Source of the DNA: Mustelus asterias
Lineage: Eukaryota
Length of the DNA: 64,000 nt
Assembly: GCF_964213995.1 (NCBI RefSeq)
Contig: NW_027590170.1
Coordinates: forward strand, 434,001-498,000
Direction: 5' to 3'
Notes under the pieces: generated by a model
What the model was told of the DNA's origin: nothing
The model's input: the letters and a program-made list of their open reading frames with translations, nothing else
Database searches by the model: none
In this document: one piece after another, positions 22,861 through 36,639 of the stretch
How the letters are laid out: each line of letters starts with the position of its first letter
Position numbering within the stretch: position 1 is the stretch's first letter
Translations under genes and position numbers: made by a program

Positions 22861-24310
22861 AAAAGGTGACTGCACATGACTTGGTTGTCGCTTCGCACTC
22901 AAACTTGACACAAGGTAAAGAACTGGTGGCCTTAAAATTTAAAAAAACATTCAGTTTTGTGCATTGATTTAGTGCAGTTTAACTCGTCATGTTTAAGGCA
23001 AGTCACTTTATTTCACACCATGTAACTCTTTGTTTTTTTTCAAGTTTAGAATTTAAAACGCTGTCATTCTTTTAAGTTTTGATATCTGTGAGTTGAATGT
23101 ACTGTACTCTGTTTAGCAGACCAATCACTTTCAAGCGTTGATATGTATTTTGGTTAGACTTAGTGTAACTTGCGTAACTTTGTAATGTTACAAAGCAATT
23201 CTGATTTTTTAATGAACTCAGACCAAGCACCGATTGAAGCGTCACAAGCATCATTTGGAAAGTAGTTGTCTGATCAAAAACACGTTGCTAAGGTCCAGTT
23301 TTAATGACTTCCTGTAGATCAATGAGACATTCCCTGACTCAATATTATGAGATATTGCTTGCTGTGTTATATCTAGTAAATGCAGACATGAAAAGTACAC
23401 TCATTTACATACTATAAATAGCAATATATTTTATATTTGTAATTTGTAAATATCTTCATTGCATTTAAGGATATAAGCAAATTTACCATTTCATATTTTT
23501 TGTTTTAAACGTAAAGAAACTTATTTCACGAAATCATAGAGAAAAGTAACATCGAAATTCAAAACATAGAGTCGCTGAAAGGGGTCTGACGCAAATCAAT
23601 TAAATGAGGTTTTGAGACGATCAGCTCAAGATATCAATCATGGCGACAAGACAGCAAATTTCCCGCATCCTTAACAAAAGGGCAAGGGAACATTCTGTTC
23701 ATGAGAGGGATGGTTCCACGAGTAATTAATACTTAGAGGGCCAGTCAGGGCACAATGAGAAATTGCATTAATAGACAACCATCACCATCGAGAACCCAAT
23801 TGCTAACTGCCCACCCAGACCAATCACAAATTGCTAACGCACCCCGTCGGGCAATTAAGAATTAGCCCCTGCCAACCTAGGCTAATTGTGATGCAATAAC
23901 TTCATTGGTCACCTGTGGGTTCTACCTTGGAATGAGTTAATCGGCATAAACTTTCACTGAGCACTTTCTGCAGCAAGTGACTGCTGTCCAAAGGAAAGCT
24001 GAGGTTACGGGAAGAGAGAGACTGAGTGTCAACCTGCGCCCAAGGACAAACTAGCCTTAGCACGCTAGCTAAGTCCCGCCCTGTATTTAATAGGTATCCA
24101 CAAAGTATTAAAGATTTCCAGAGTTACTTCACCAAACTGCCTCGAGTGGCCCAAATGATTAAAATGTCAAATGAGCATAATTCGAATTTAAGTTCAAATA
24201 ATACCTTGAACGTTCATGGCCACGTGCATGTGAAGAGTCGTGAAGAGGCAGGTGGTGTATATTTGCGAAAATGAACAGTTGTTTTTATGTGTCTTGCGAG
24301 CATCTCCAGA

Positions 24311-24894
24311 GGATGCCATGGTCCCACAGTGGTTAACCCTGCTGCTTAATAGTACCCGGGACTTGGATTCGCGTCTGGCCTTGGGTGATTGTCTGTGCAG
24401 ATTTTGCGCATCCTTCCCGTGTCTGGGTGGGTTTCTTCCGGTTGCTCCGGTTTTCTCCCACTGTCCAAACATGTGCAAGTCAGGTGGATTGGCCATGATA
24501 ACAAAAAGTCTCTTCGGGTCCCAAGATGAGTAGTTAGATGGATTAGACATGCTGAATGTGTGGGGTTACGGGGATAGTTTGGGGGCGAGGGCCTGTGTAA
24601 GACATTCTGTCAGAAAGTTGGTGGAGACTTGATTGTCCGAATGGCTTCCTTCTGCACTGGAGGGATTCTATAATATTTTCATATACAATATGCAGGTTGA
24701 CACTCCAAAGATGTGCGGGTTAGGTTGATTGGCCATGCTAAAATTGCCCTTAGTGTCCTGAGATGCGTAGGTTAGAGGGATTAGTGGGTAAATATGTAGG
24801 GATATGGGGGTAGGGCCTGGGTGGGATTGTGGTCGGTGCAGACTCGATGGGCCGAATGGCCTCTTTCTGTGCTGTAGGGTTCTATGATTCTATG
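24311..24894 (+). mobile_element. Two tandem HE1-type SINEs (old 24311-24670, younger 5'-truncated 24702-24894)
   Basis: V-domain and tail GGGATTGTGGTCGGTGCAGACTCGATGGGCCGAATGG...TTCTATGATTCTATGA. Confidence 0.85.
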
Positions 24895-26034
24895 AAAATA
24901 TTGGGGGGGAATGTTTCAAGCACCTGTGGGCGGTAATATAGGTTCCAGCAATCTAATTGTCAGTATGATTCAGTTTGCAGACACTGTCATGTATTGCAAT
25001 GTAGTGAAGCAAGGTGAAAGACGGATATGATGAGCCTGTTCAATCATTGACTCAACAAGGGAATTCAAAAAGCTATCGGTCTAAGACTTCGCCAAAATAT
25101 TACTTTTTCGGGATGACCGTGAACCTCGATATTTTCAGCTACAATATTTTTCATAGCGTTTTGTGCGCTCGCTATGTGCGAGAGTTGGAGAAGAGGTGCT
25201 GTGAGGCGGTGATAGCAGAATAAAACAGAGAAAATAGCAATTCTAGAAACACTTCACCATGACAGGAAACGAATAGCACGCAAAACATGACAATCAGCAT
25301 TTGGGAATGCACAACACTGACTGACCAATTTGGTCCTCGCTGATCTAAGCGGCCACAATTCTTCGTAATTCATCTGTTGCATCATGCAATTGTTTTCATT
25401 TTTTGTGTAATGTATGGCCTGTGGGTACTATCTTCCTCTTCTGGGTGATGCAGAAAAAATGCCATTTTATGTTATCAATTTTTGCACTTGAACCTCTGAG
25501 TTGATTTTTTGGTGTGGTCGCAGTGATGGTTTGGGATACAGTGCTGAATAAAATGAATCCGTTGTCCATCCCCCCAGCGATAAGCATCTGGAAACTATAT
25601 TTCAAAAGAAAGTCAACGTCAAGAAACACATTTTTAAAATATATATCTCTCTTCATCCCTCTTTGGCTCCTCTGCCAATAACTTCAGTTTGTTGTTCTCG
25701 TTTTGTTCTGTCCTCCCTGACCTGTGTTATTGGAGAGGTTGCTGTCTCTGTCTTACGAACAGTTGTGCATTGGTGTGGGACATGTATTTCCACTCGGACT
25801 GAGGAGTCTAGAGCTGGAGAACAGCAGTATCAGGCAGCATTATGGGAATTGATCCGCATCACCCCTCATCCTTATCATAATTCAAAACCTCCTTCGGTAT
25901 TGACATCCATTCTTCCACTAACGGTTGGATTCTACGTGTAACTTCGGTTACTTAATAGGTTTTCCTCACATACGTGGCTAAATTGTATTCTATTGCCTGA
26001 ATTAAGGCCTGAAATCCAAATGAATAATGATGAA

Positions 26035-26895
26035 GTGATTTGACTTGGTTTATTATTGTCACATGTGTGAGCATACAGAGAAAAGTATTTTTCTTGCGTT
26101 ATATACAGACAAAGCGTACCGTTGATAGAGAAGGAAATGAGAGAGTGCAGAATATAGTTTTACAGTCATAGCTAGGGTGTAGAGAAAGATCAACTTAATA
26201 TGAGGTAGGTCCATTTAGAAGTCTGATGGCAGCAAGGAAGAAGCTGTTCTTGAGTCAATTGGTACTTGCCCTCAGACGTCTGTATCATTTTCCCAATGAA
26301 ATAAGGTGGAAGACTGAATATCTCGGGTGCGTGGGGTCCTTGAATATACTGGCTGCTTTCCCAAGGCAGCGGGAAATTCAGAGAGTCAATGGGTGGGAGG
26401 CTGGTTTGAGTGTTGGGCTCGGCTTCATTCACAATCCTTTGTAGCTTTTTGCGGTCTTGGTCTTGGGAGGAGACTTACCAAGCCCTAATACAACCAGAAA
26501 AAATGTTTTCTATGGAGTATCTGTAAACGTTTGTGAGAGTCGGATCAAACATGGCAAATTTCCTTCGCCTTCTGAGAAAGTAGAGGCATTCTTTACTATA
26601 GCGTCTGCATGAGGGAACCAGGACAGGTTGTTGGTGATCTGGACATCTAGTAACTTGAAGCTCTCCACCATTTCCACTTCGTCCCCGTTTGTGTAGGCAG
26701 AGGCATGTTCTCCACTACGCTTCCTGAAGTCGATGACTCTCTCCTTCGTCTTGTTGACATTGTGGGAGAGGTTATTGCCGTTGCAACAGCTTACCAGATT
26801 CTCAATCTCTTTCCTGTGCTCTGTCGCATCATTGTTTGAGATCCGAACCACTACGGTGGTGTCAGCAGCAAACTTGAAAAACGAGTTGGAAGGAA
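26035..26895 (-). mobile_element. Rex/Babar-type LINE 3' fragment
   Basis: KFAADTT.V..ISNND..EHRKEIENLV.CC..NNLS.NVNKTKE.VIDFRK. Same 3' end as the element at 41185 and the fragment at about 54770-54900. Confidence 0.8.
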
Positions 26896-27522
26896 GATGG
26901 GTTGGAAGTTAAATACACTCTACACCCCCACGCGACACATTATTTTCACAGAGTATTTTTGATCAAAGTATGTTGCTGTATCAGGCACAGTTTATACACA
27001 ATCAGGAGATTTTACAAGCTAATGAAGGGTGTTTAAAACCAACGGAATTTGTGATTTCCCTCAGTTTCCATTATCCTTCCTGCTATCTCGCAATGCTGGA
27101 ATATTTTCCTTGTCCATTTCTTTGACTGTTGTTGACCATTATGAGGGCAGCATTTCATTCACCTTCTGATCTTCAATCACAGAATTATTACTCAAGTAGG
27201 GAAATTGTATCTCAGTTTGGGATGGTGCGATTAACTAATTACCAACTCAGCACTCATCATACTAACGCAGCTGCAAATAGTGAGGGTGGCGTTAGAACGG
27301 ATGTCATTAATTATGATTCTGTTTTGTGTCTGCCTGTCCATTGGTTTGGTTTTCTCCACCGCTCCTGGAAACAGTTGGGTGACAGTTTGGTCCGAAGTTA
27401 ATTTGGTTTCCTCTAGGTGTGTGTTTGAGCCTCTGACAGAGTCGTTGCTCAGCGTGGCTGCATCTGCCCGAGATTCCACCCAAATTCTAACACACAGGAT
27501 TTCCCAGCTACTATCCAAAGAT

Positions 27523-28000
27523 AGCTTTTGGACAGGGGTAAGATTACTTTTCATCATTGTGACACTTACAAAGCACAGTAATATAGAGCAGCGTCAGTGA
27601 GTTACAGGCCCGAGATCGTTACACTGGTGAATTTAATCGCGATCTTTAGCTCGGCATAGAAACGGTTTTTAGTAAAGTCTGCTTTATACTCATAATTCGA
27701 GCTATGCACCCGGGTATTGTTGGCTCCAGTGTAATGCATAATCAGTTTCAGTAGTTTCATAGTTACACGTCAATGTCACCGCGTCCCCATCTGTCTTTAC
27801 GTCTGATGATAGAGGCTGAATGGCAAACTCTCCATGAGCCTGATCTGAAAAGTTATATTAGAATTAAAAACATAAAACGGGCAGCGGATTAAAATCTGAT
27901 TTAATACATGCGTGGAAAATTAGAGAAAAGGTGAAGTCTGCTTGGTCCGCAATAACCTGTAAGGAATGCGTCCCACACAACGTATGCTGAGTAGCTGCAT
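27523..28000 (-). pseudogene. TCR V-alpha/delta pseudogene
   Basis: Leader 28000-27957 (frameshifted). V 27844-27562 reads DGDAVTLTCNYETTETDYALHW...KADFTKNRF...DAALYYCAL with an internal deletion and stops. RSS CACAATG-23-CCAAAAGCT. Confidence 0.85.
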
Positions 28001-29894
28001 TGTCGTTGCATACTCTGTGAAACGGAGGAGGGGGGGAGGGGGGGGGGGCGGGATTGGAAATTTAGACACCCGTTTCAAATTTCACCTACATTAATCTTCC
28101 CTCTGATTTCAGTTTCTCTGCCTTTTGGCCATTCACGCCTTTTATTATTTCAATGGACCGCCATTAGCAGCCTCTTCCCCTGGTTTCTGTCGCCAAGACT
28201 CATCTTTCTTTCTCTCACCCTGCAAGATAAACATCTCCCACTTTCTATGCCTTTTAGCTTTGACATAGGGTCATCTGGACTCGAAACGTCGGCTCTTTTC
28301 TCTCCTTACAGATGGTGTCAGACCTGCTGTGATTTTCCAACATTTTCTCTTTTAGTCTCAAGATGCTGTAGCCTCAGTTCCTCGCCATGGTGCTGTGAGA
28401 CGGTGGGTGGTGAGATAGTAGACAGGAATTAGAAACACCCTGAGCTGGATTCAGATCACTATCCCTACGGAGTGAATGGTTTCGGATTCAGACCCGGGTT
28501 AGGGAATAATTCCTCGTCTGCTGATTGTGATACGGAATTCAGATTGTTCAAATCGCTTTGTCAATTTGCTCTCGATAATTCCGTTAGTCTCACTATCAGG
28601 ATAGTGGGATAGTGTGACTCAAGTACAAGTTCTCTCTCCCCGACCACCACTTCCCTCCCCGCCTTCCCCACCGCGCCCCATCCCTCCCCATGGTTCCTTT
28701 TTAAACATCAAGTTTTCTCGGCGTTTCTGGCAAAGTCACAATTGTTGCTCATCCCAATTGAAGCAGAAAATGATATTGATGTGCCGACTTTTTGAACCGC
28801 TGAGTTCCATTTGTATTTTATTCATATGGAGAAGGACAACGTGTAACATGTACTAACGTTCTGGAAATATGGAGTGAATTGGGTTATAAACTAAGAGACA
28901 CAATGAATTGCAAAAGGACAGCGGGTTGTTGAGCGACTCGGGAAGGAAGTGGTAAACAGGAACATAATTCAGAAAAAAAGAAGGTCATTCACATTGTCAG
29001 GTAGAATAAAGAAAAACAACGGTCTATTTGGAAACATTATGGCAAATGATTGAGGAACAAATGGCAGGGTTGGATGGCCAAATGGAACTCTGTTTCTTAT
29101 TCCAATAATGAAGGAGCCCAGAAACTGGAATCGATACGGACAGATTTTGCGAGGGAGAGAGTATGAGGAAGCTTGGGAACATAGGAATGCATTGGTCGGG
29201 GGAGAGACCGGTATGTCAGAGGGGTTGGAGGAAAAATTAGAGAAACAGGTGTAAAGGGGAAAAAGAAACGAATCATATCGAAGCAGCGTTGCAGGAAGTA
29301 AGAAAACATAAATACCTAAACAAAGCCTAAATAGCCAAAGTAGCATTGGGTCTGGAAAGGGTTGAGCCTGAGTTCTACCTTAAATTCAGCTGTAGGGGCG
29401 GTAAATTTACATAGGTCCAGTCGAGTAAAAGGTAAAATTGGGGCTCAGATAGGAGACAATTCGTTACACTGATCGTGGTCATCACTTGCAATGGAATCTA
29501 TTCGAAGTGACACATTTGAAAAGCAACAAAATGGACAGTTACCCTTAAGGAAATAATAGAGACTCTTGGGAATTCCAGAATTGGTGAGTTAAGATTAACA
29601 AATGACCCTCCTCATTCTCATGTAATTTAGTGATTGATCTGTTGCAGTGGTCATGCCAACATGATGGATATTACCACATACGGAGTTCTCAAATTAATCT
29701 AGAAATTTGTGCGAGTTATTGCTGCACAGATGTAGTGTAAATGATTTGTGAGCGCAAAAAATTTGATTCGAAAGCCTGCACTTATTTTACATTTTGAACC
29801 GTTGCTCATTGACAGATCAGGCTTCCATTGCCACCGCTGCAACAGCCGATCCATTCCCCCTGCAGGGAATTTGTCTGCAGCCCAGCCGGGAATG

Positions 29895-30210
29895 AATCAC
29901 AGAAACCCGACTGTGCAGGAGACCATTCGGCCCATCAAGTCTGCACCGACAACAATCCCACCTTGGGCCTTATTCCACGACCTCAAACAGCCCTTTAGCC
30001 GACACAGCCAAGGCAATAAAGAGCAATTCAGCATGGCCAATTAACCTAACCCACGGATTTTTGGACTGTGGGAGGAAACCGGAGCACTTGGAGGAAACCC
30101 GCTCAGGCACTGTGAGAATGTACAATCGCCACACAGACAGAGACCCAAGTCTGGAATCGAACCCATAAGCCTGGTGCTCTGAGGCAGCAGTGCTAACCAC
30201 TGTGCCACTC
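29895..30210 (-). mobile_element. HE1-type SINE (another decayed copy at 32205-32512 -)
   Basis: CACAGTGGTTAGCACTGCTGCCTCA head and V-domain. Confidence 0.8.
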
Positions 30211-30490
30211 TGTTTGGATGCTTGTATTCACCCCTGACAGATCTCACAAGACCGAGGTTTGTTGAGGCTTGGAAAGAGAGTGTATGATTTCAAATAAGAT
30301 TCTGTGTTGTGCCTCTGTCCCATTGGTTCGCCAGTTTGTTTTCTCAGCCGCTCCTCGTAACGGTTGAGTGACAGTTTGATCGGAGGTTAATCTGGTTTCC
30401 TCTCGCTGTGTCCGACGGCGGCGCCGCTCATTGAAGCTGTATCTTCCCCCGATTCTAAACAACCCGCAGCAGGCAAGCGCTGCCACTTAT

Positions 30491-30989
30491 GGTTTCTGGA
30501 CGGCGATAAGACTGTATTCTATTACTGTGAGATTGAAAGTGCATTAATAGTCGCCAGCTCAGTCAGCTGCAGACACGAGATGATTAAGATGATGAATTTA
30601 GTTCCGGTGTGGAGTTCAGCAGCCAAACGGATTATAGCAAAATCTGCTTGATATTTAGAGCCCCCAGAGCTTTTCCACACGATTAACTCAGGCTGAGACT
30701 CTGGGCGCTCTCAGTATCCATATAATCTGTAACTCCTCTTTGTACTGTCATAGGTACACGTCATTGCCACCGCTTCTCCTTCTGCCTGAGCATCTGAGGA
30801 GAGAAGCTGGGTGACAGAATCCGCATGAATCAGATATGGAAAAATGGCAGTCACACTGAAACAGATCAGGCGAGAGGTTGGTAAGATTTGAACCATGCTT
30901 GGTAAATCAGAAAAAAGATGAAATGCACTTAATCATGAATTACCTGTCATGCATCCTACCCACACAACCCAGGTGCTGAGCAGCTGCAA
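30491..30989 (-). pseudogene. TCR V-alpha/delta pseudogene, paralog of the 27.5-28.0 kb V
   Basis: Leader 30989-30944 starts TTG, acceptor AG changed to AT. DSVTQ..AEGEAVAMTCTYDS..YRLYGY* with further defects. RSS CACAGTA-23-CCAGAAACC. 3' flank 30290-30410 is homologous to 27310-27415. Confidence 0.85.
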
Positions 30990-33900
30990 TGCCACTCTCC
31001 GCAATGTAAAATGGGAATGGGGTAATCTTCAGGAGACATCTCACTTTCTGTATCGCTGGGAGCACTGTGAGGCCGGTGGGTGCTGAGCCAGTTACCCGTG
31101 CTGAGTGACAGACATTACTCATTTTGTGTTCGTGACTTCGGAAGGAAAGAACAGCGTGAATATGAAACACTGTCTGGTTATATTGTGCCCATAGCTCGAG
31201 CTTTCGGTTTTATTCCAGGGTATTTTGTACTCTTAAATTCCCTTAGTTTAATTTTTTTGGGAACGGCGACTCCCCCTCAAATGTTAAATTTGTGTTCACA
31301 CATCCAAAGGATTTCATCATCTCAGATGATGCTAGAATGTGTTGCTCATCCCTAGTTGACCTTAAACAGGAATGAGTGAGTTGCCATTCTATACAGCTGC
31401 ACTCTTGTTCGGGAATTTGTAGATGATGTTGTTCCCGTGCCGCTGTTGTGTTTCTCTTTCTGGGCGGTAGGGGCCGCGGGTTTGTAATGTGCTGTCGAAG
31501 TGCTGTTGGCGAATTGCTGCATTCCACCTTGCATAATGCTGCTATCTGCTATCATCGTGTGCCTTTAATGGAAGGAGTGAATGTTTAAGGTGGTAGGCGG
31601 GGTAGCAATCAAGGCGCTGTGGCTGATGTCGAGCATTTGGGGATTGCTGGAGATTCAGTTGTCCAGGTAGGTAGAAACAATGTCATCGCGTTCTTGACTG
31701 CTTTGCAGTTAGCGGTCAGGCTTTGGGGAGTCGGGGAAATTCTCAATGCCTGACAGGTTCTTGAAGCCAGTGTTTTAAAGGTCGATCAATGTTAGCTTCC
31801 AGAGTGTAGATGGTGGGGGATTCAGCGATGGAAATGTAGTTAACACGAAATCGTAGAATATTAGAAACCCTCTTGTTGGAAATGATCATTGATTGACATT
31901 TTTTGTGGCGCGAATGATATCTGCCACCTATCGACCATTGCTATCGCTACATGCCAAAGTCGACGATTTATTTTTCTCAGAAGTCCGGAATGCTTCAGAG
32001 CATTGTGGAATCGTCGGCAACGATGCCTAATCTTATAATGGAAGGAAGGTCATTGATGAAGCAGGTGAATATCTTTGGGTCACGAACGCTGCCTTGAGGA
32101 ACTCTTGCAACAAAATTCTGCGACAGGCAGGGTTTGTTTGCCTCCATCTTCATTTGAACTGGATATAGGCTCATGATTCCGATTGATACCAATTTTGATT
32201 CTTAGAATCATAGAATCATAGAATCCCTATAGTGCAGAATGAGGCTATTCGGCCATCAAGTCTGCAACAGCAACAATCCCACTCAGGCCGTATCAACGTA
32301 ACCATACATGTTTACTCTGCCAGTTCCCCTGACACTGCGGGGCAACTTAGGATGGCAATTAAACTAACCCGCATGTATTTAAACTTTGAGAGGGAACCGG
32401 AGCACCCGGAGGAAACCCACACAGACTCAGGGAGAACGTGCAAACTCCTGGAATTGAACTTTGGTCCCTGGTGCTGTGAGGCAGCAGCACCAACCACTGT
32501 GTCATTGTGCCATCCGTAATGCCACACGATCAACGGCTGCCTTTAAGTTAAGTGAAATCGCTCTCCCCTCACATCTGGATTTCAACTCTTACGCTTTTAT
32601 ATGGACCAAAATTACAATGAGATCGAAAGCCGAGTGACTGTGATGGAACCCAAACAGAGCATCAGTGCGCAAATTATTGCAAATAAAGTGCCACCTGCTC
32701 GTACTGTCAAAGACATCTATTACTTTGCTGATGATTGAGGAAACTGGCGAGACCATTGTTCACAATGTTGAATTTCCTGTTTAATTTTGCAGACAACACT
32801 TATCGTGAAATTTCATTTTTTTTTCATTAGTAACCGCGCATTATTTAAACAATGAGAGCAGTTTTGGACGGTTTCACCCTTCCAGACTGCTCCTCCACGC
32901 CGGTCTTCTACGTGAACTCCACCTTCTCACCCTCTCCCCAAATTCCTAAACTCTCTTTGCACCCAATATTCAAACGATCTGGTATAAAGAACTCGTGGAG
33001 ATGGAAGATTCCCATCATTCATAACGCTTTGACTGAAGAATTCCTATGCAATTCATCTCATGATCATTGAATTTAGAGAATGTGAGCACAGAATTTCACA
33101 GGCAGGGGAAAGCATCTGTCAAAAACTGCCCTGTGAAGCTCTTTGTGAATTGTATGCTTCAACTAGATCACCTCCTCGTCCCCTGACCGATATGCAATGA
33201 AAGCCTAGATTCAGACTTACATGGACACTTACAAAACAGAAGGAGGCCATTCAGCTCAACATTTATACCCAGTCTGCCCAGTCACGAGATATTCTCCTGC
33301 GTAGTAAAAGCTTTCCGTGTTTCCCATGCTGCTGCCCAGGGAAATGACGACGGATTCTTATATTCAGAGATATTTACAGCACAGAAGGGGGCAATTTGGC
33401 TTCTGTCCATGCTGATCAACAAAGATCTGATGACGCTAATCCTATATTCTATCGCTTGGGTCATTGCCATGGAGGGTTAATTGAGTTCCAGACTCCCACC
33501 ATCTCTCCGTGGAAAAGCTTCTTCTCGAATCCGTTCTACCACTTGGCTTAAATATATGCCCCTGCATACTGACCCCTCTACTGATGGGAAAAAAGTGCGC
33601 TCCAATCCTCCGTACCTATGTCCTTCATGATCTCATGGTCCCCTCTCAAACTTCGCTGCTCCAAGGAAAACAGCCCCAGCCCATTCAATCTTTCCTCATA
33701 GCTCAGAACCTCCAGCTCAAGCTGCATCCCGGTAAATCGCCTCTTCACCCTCTCAATGGATTGAAATAGTCATAGATATGCTCATACTACTTTATTGCAG
33801 GAGCAACCGAGACAAGATCTGTTGTAGTATAAATATAGTCACTATCCTTTGTAATAATATCCGACTTCAAGTGTTTTAACATTGTGGAATATTTAATCAG

Positions 33901-34320
33901 TCTATATATTATGATCATATCATATTATCTAGCTTCTCTTTGTACAGTGAAGCAGCTAAACAGAAAGAACTAGTTTTGGGAAAAAGGCTGGAGTTTATTT
34001 TGTTAATGTGGATGGTGAACAGCAAATTCCGCCCTCACACAATGAATGCAACCATCGGACAGAGTCAGGATTCAATGTGAATTGTTTTAAATTGTATCAC
34101 TAATGTGGAAATCACGATCACAGGGAGAGTTGGGGTGATTATTATAAATGTAATTAAGGGAAACTAAATGAAAAGATTATGGGCAAAGGAGTGGGAGTAA
34201 GTTTTCCGTTTGATTGCGTTCGATATCTGCGCTCACGGGAATGTATTCACGTGACAGTGTCAGATCCGCTGTTGTAAACAGTTCCCAACAGACAACAGCT
34301 GTGAATCAGAAACCTGTGGC

Positions 34321-34663
34321 AGTTTTTGTACGAGGATTTCACTCGTTTCCATCACTGTGAGTCTGAGTGCACAGTAATAGACCGCGGTGTCAGACAGCAC
34401 CAGCTCCGGGATGGTCAATCGGTACAACTTCACTGACTGCTGCACTGAATCAGAAAACCGGCTCTGAGCGAAATTCGCCTTCAATTCGGAACGGCCGTCG
34501 GTATATCTCCGGACTGCAAACTCGGGCTGTCTGCCTTGATACTGACGGTACCAGAACAAATAAAAATTATTGCCGGTATAGGTGCAGGTTAAAGTGACAA
34601 CTTCTCCCTCTGTCTGTGTGAGTGAGGATTCCCGCTGAGTAACAGAATCTTCATCGCTCAGAT
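34321..34663 (-). CDS. TCR V-alpha/delta exon with intact reading frame and near-consensus 23-RSS (leader apparently dead)
   Basis: Acceptor cccag at 34664. LSDEDSVTQRESSLTQTEGEVVTLTCTYTGNNFYLFWYRQYQGRQPEFAVRRYTDGRSELKANFAQSRFSDSVQQSVKLYRLTIPELVLSDTAVYYCALR (34663-34360). RSS CACAGTG-23-ACAAAAACT. Confidence 0.9.
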
Positions 34664-35361
34664 CTGGGACGGGGAAAAAATGGTGGTCAGTTCTTTATTA
34701 AGTCAGATAGAACGAAAGCCTAGAATAAATCTTCGGTGGGCTCGTTAGTACTTCAGAGAACATCCTGAAATCCTCTTCATCTCACGCACCGAAAATTTCC
34801 TCCCACTCCTTTGCCCATAATCTTTTCATTTATTTTCCCTTTAATTGCATTAATAAAAACAACCCACTCTCTGATAGTGATTTCCACATGAGAGTATGGG
34901 TTGGGCAGTTTTTCCTGAAATCTCTCTCGGGCTCATTGATAAATTTTAGATTCCTCATTTTAAAATCGTCCAAATTTGGGGGAAGATCCTTCGCACGATT
35001 AATTTCTGAAAGATCTTCAGCTTTTCAAAAACCTCCACTAGGCTGACGCATTGCTTCCTTTCCTTGCGATAAGAACATATGCAATAATATATGCAATAAT
35101 TTCAGATAGTATTTTTTTAACCTGAAATCTGATTTCATCCTGACAAATCGCATTTTCTGTTTTCACCTTTGTATTTATATTATTGTCCTAACACTCATAG
35201 TTGGGTCTAACCAAGTTTAAACACAAGATTAAAATGAGCTCTTTGCTTTTCAAACGTTTTTCACGTTTTGATCTTCTTACCCACAATCAATGTCATCCAC
35301 ACCAAAGCGAGAACCGGGAGACGCATTGCTGCCGCTCCGGAATTCTGAGGAGTTTTCATAT

Positions 35362-35410
35362 CTGGGAAAGCTGCAGAATATTCAATAAATAACAGCAGAT
35401 GTAACCGCCT
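35362..35410 (-). pseudogene. Probable degenerate leader exon of the 34.4 kb V
   Basis: AGG-RLHLLLFIEYSAAFP-G|ATATGA: 49 nt, phase 1, inferred ATG>AGG and GT>AT. Two GCAGGAA(G/A)TGACATC ETS/CRE-like motifs lie upstream (35446-35503). Confidence 0.55.
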
Positions 35411-36639
35411 ACAGGACAATACATCCTCAGAGTTTGGACTGGGTCGATGTCACTTCCTGCAAAAATACAATGCCTGCGGAGCTTATCTGATGTCATTTCC
35501 TGCAGTAAATCATCTAGAACCGTGGGCAATGGCGCTGAGTGCTCTAATGCTCCTTTATAAGTGCATGTTTATTTCCCGGAAATATGAAGGTTAACACCCC
35601 ATCCCATTGAGTAGAGAGCAGCATATATACCTGCTAACATATATCCAACTGGATATTGGATCTTGAATAGACCCGAAAGACAAACGAAACTCTAATTGTC
35701 CTGAGGAGGTTGATTTCAAATTAAGATGAGACGCAGTTTAATGTCTAATTGACAGATCCGATTCCTAATAAGGGATTTGAAAGGGTAGATGCATTGAGGT
35801 TGATTCACCTTGAGGGAGAGCCCAGGACCAGAGAACATGATCTCACATTAAGAGGGTGCCCATCGAAGACAGATATGAGGAGGAATTTCTTCTGATAGGA
35901 CAGTAATTTGTGGAATTATTTACGCTGAAGTTTGAGAAGGTTTGGTCCTTAAGTATATTCAGGGCTGAGGTAAACAGATTTTAATCAGTAAGTGAATCAA
36001 ATTTCATAGGGATAAGGCAGGAAAATAGTGTTAAGGATTATCACATCAGATCAGTCATGATATTATTCAATGACAGCGCAGAATCGATGGACCGAATGGC
36101 TCTTACAGCTTATATTCTACACATTATAACAGTTATAATGTATAACTGTTATACATTATACAACAGCGTAATATGTTATATATTGCATATAACATATGCA
36201 GCTCAAAAGAACATTGTTGTGCAATGAACTTGTGGCATGCTGGCAGAGTGGTTAACTCCGCCGCTCAGGGACCCGGGCTCGATTCCGGCTTGGGTACTGT
36301 CTGTGTGGAGTTTGCATATTCGCCCCATGCCTGCTTCGGTTTCCACCGGGTACTCTGGTTGTCTCCCACAGTCTGAAAGATGTGCTGGTAAGGTGCATTG
36401 ACCCGAAAAGGCACCAGAGTGTGGCGACTAGGGAATCTTAACAGTAACTTCATTGTAGTGTTAATGTAAGCCTTACTTGTGACTAATAAATAAACTTTAA
36501 CTTTGAAAGGCTATAAGTACGTGCAACTTATTTCCGTCTTTCACTGAAAATATGCAATTCTTGCAACTGCATTTGGACATATTACTAAGCATCTGCAAAC
36601 AAAAGTGTACGGTTATTTCAAGAACAGCAGAAAACGAAG

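Noticed and set aside
23765-23895. Short degenerate repeat (AATTGCTAAC...)
   Set aside because: Only 3-4 poorly matching units; no supportable function.
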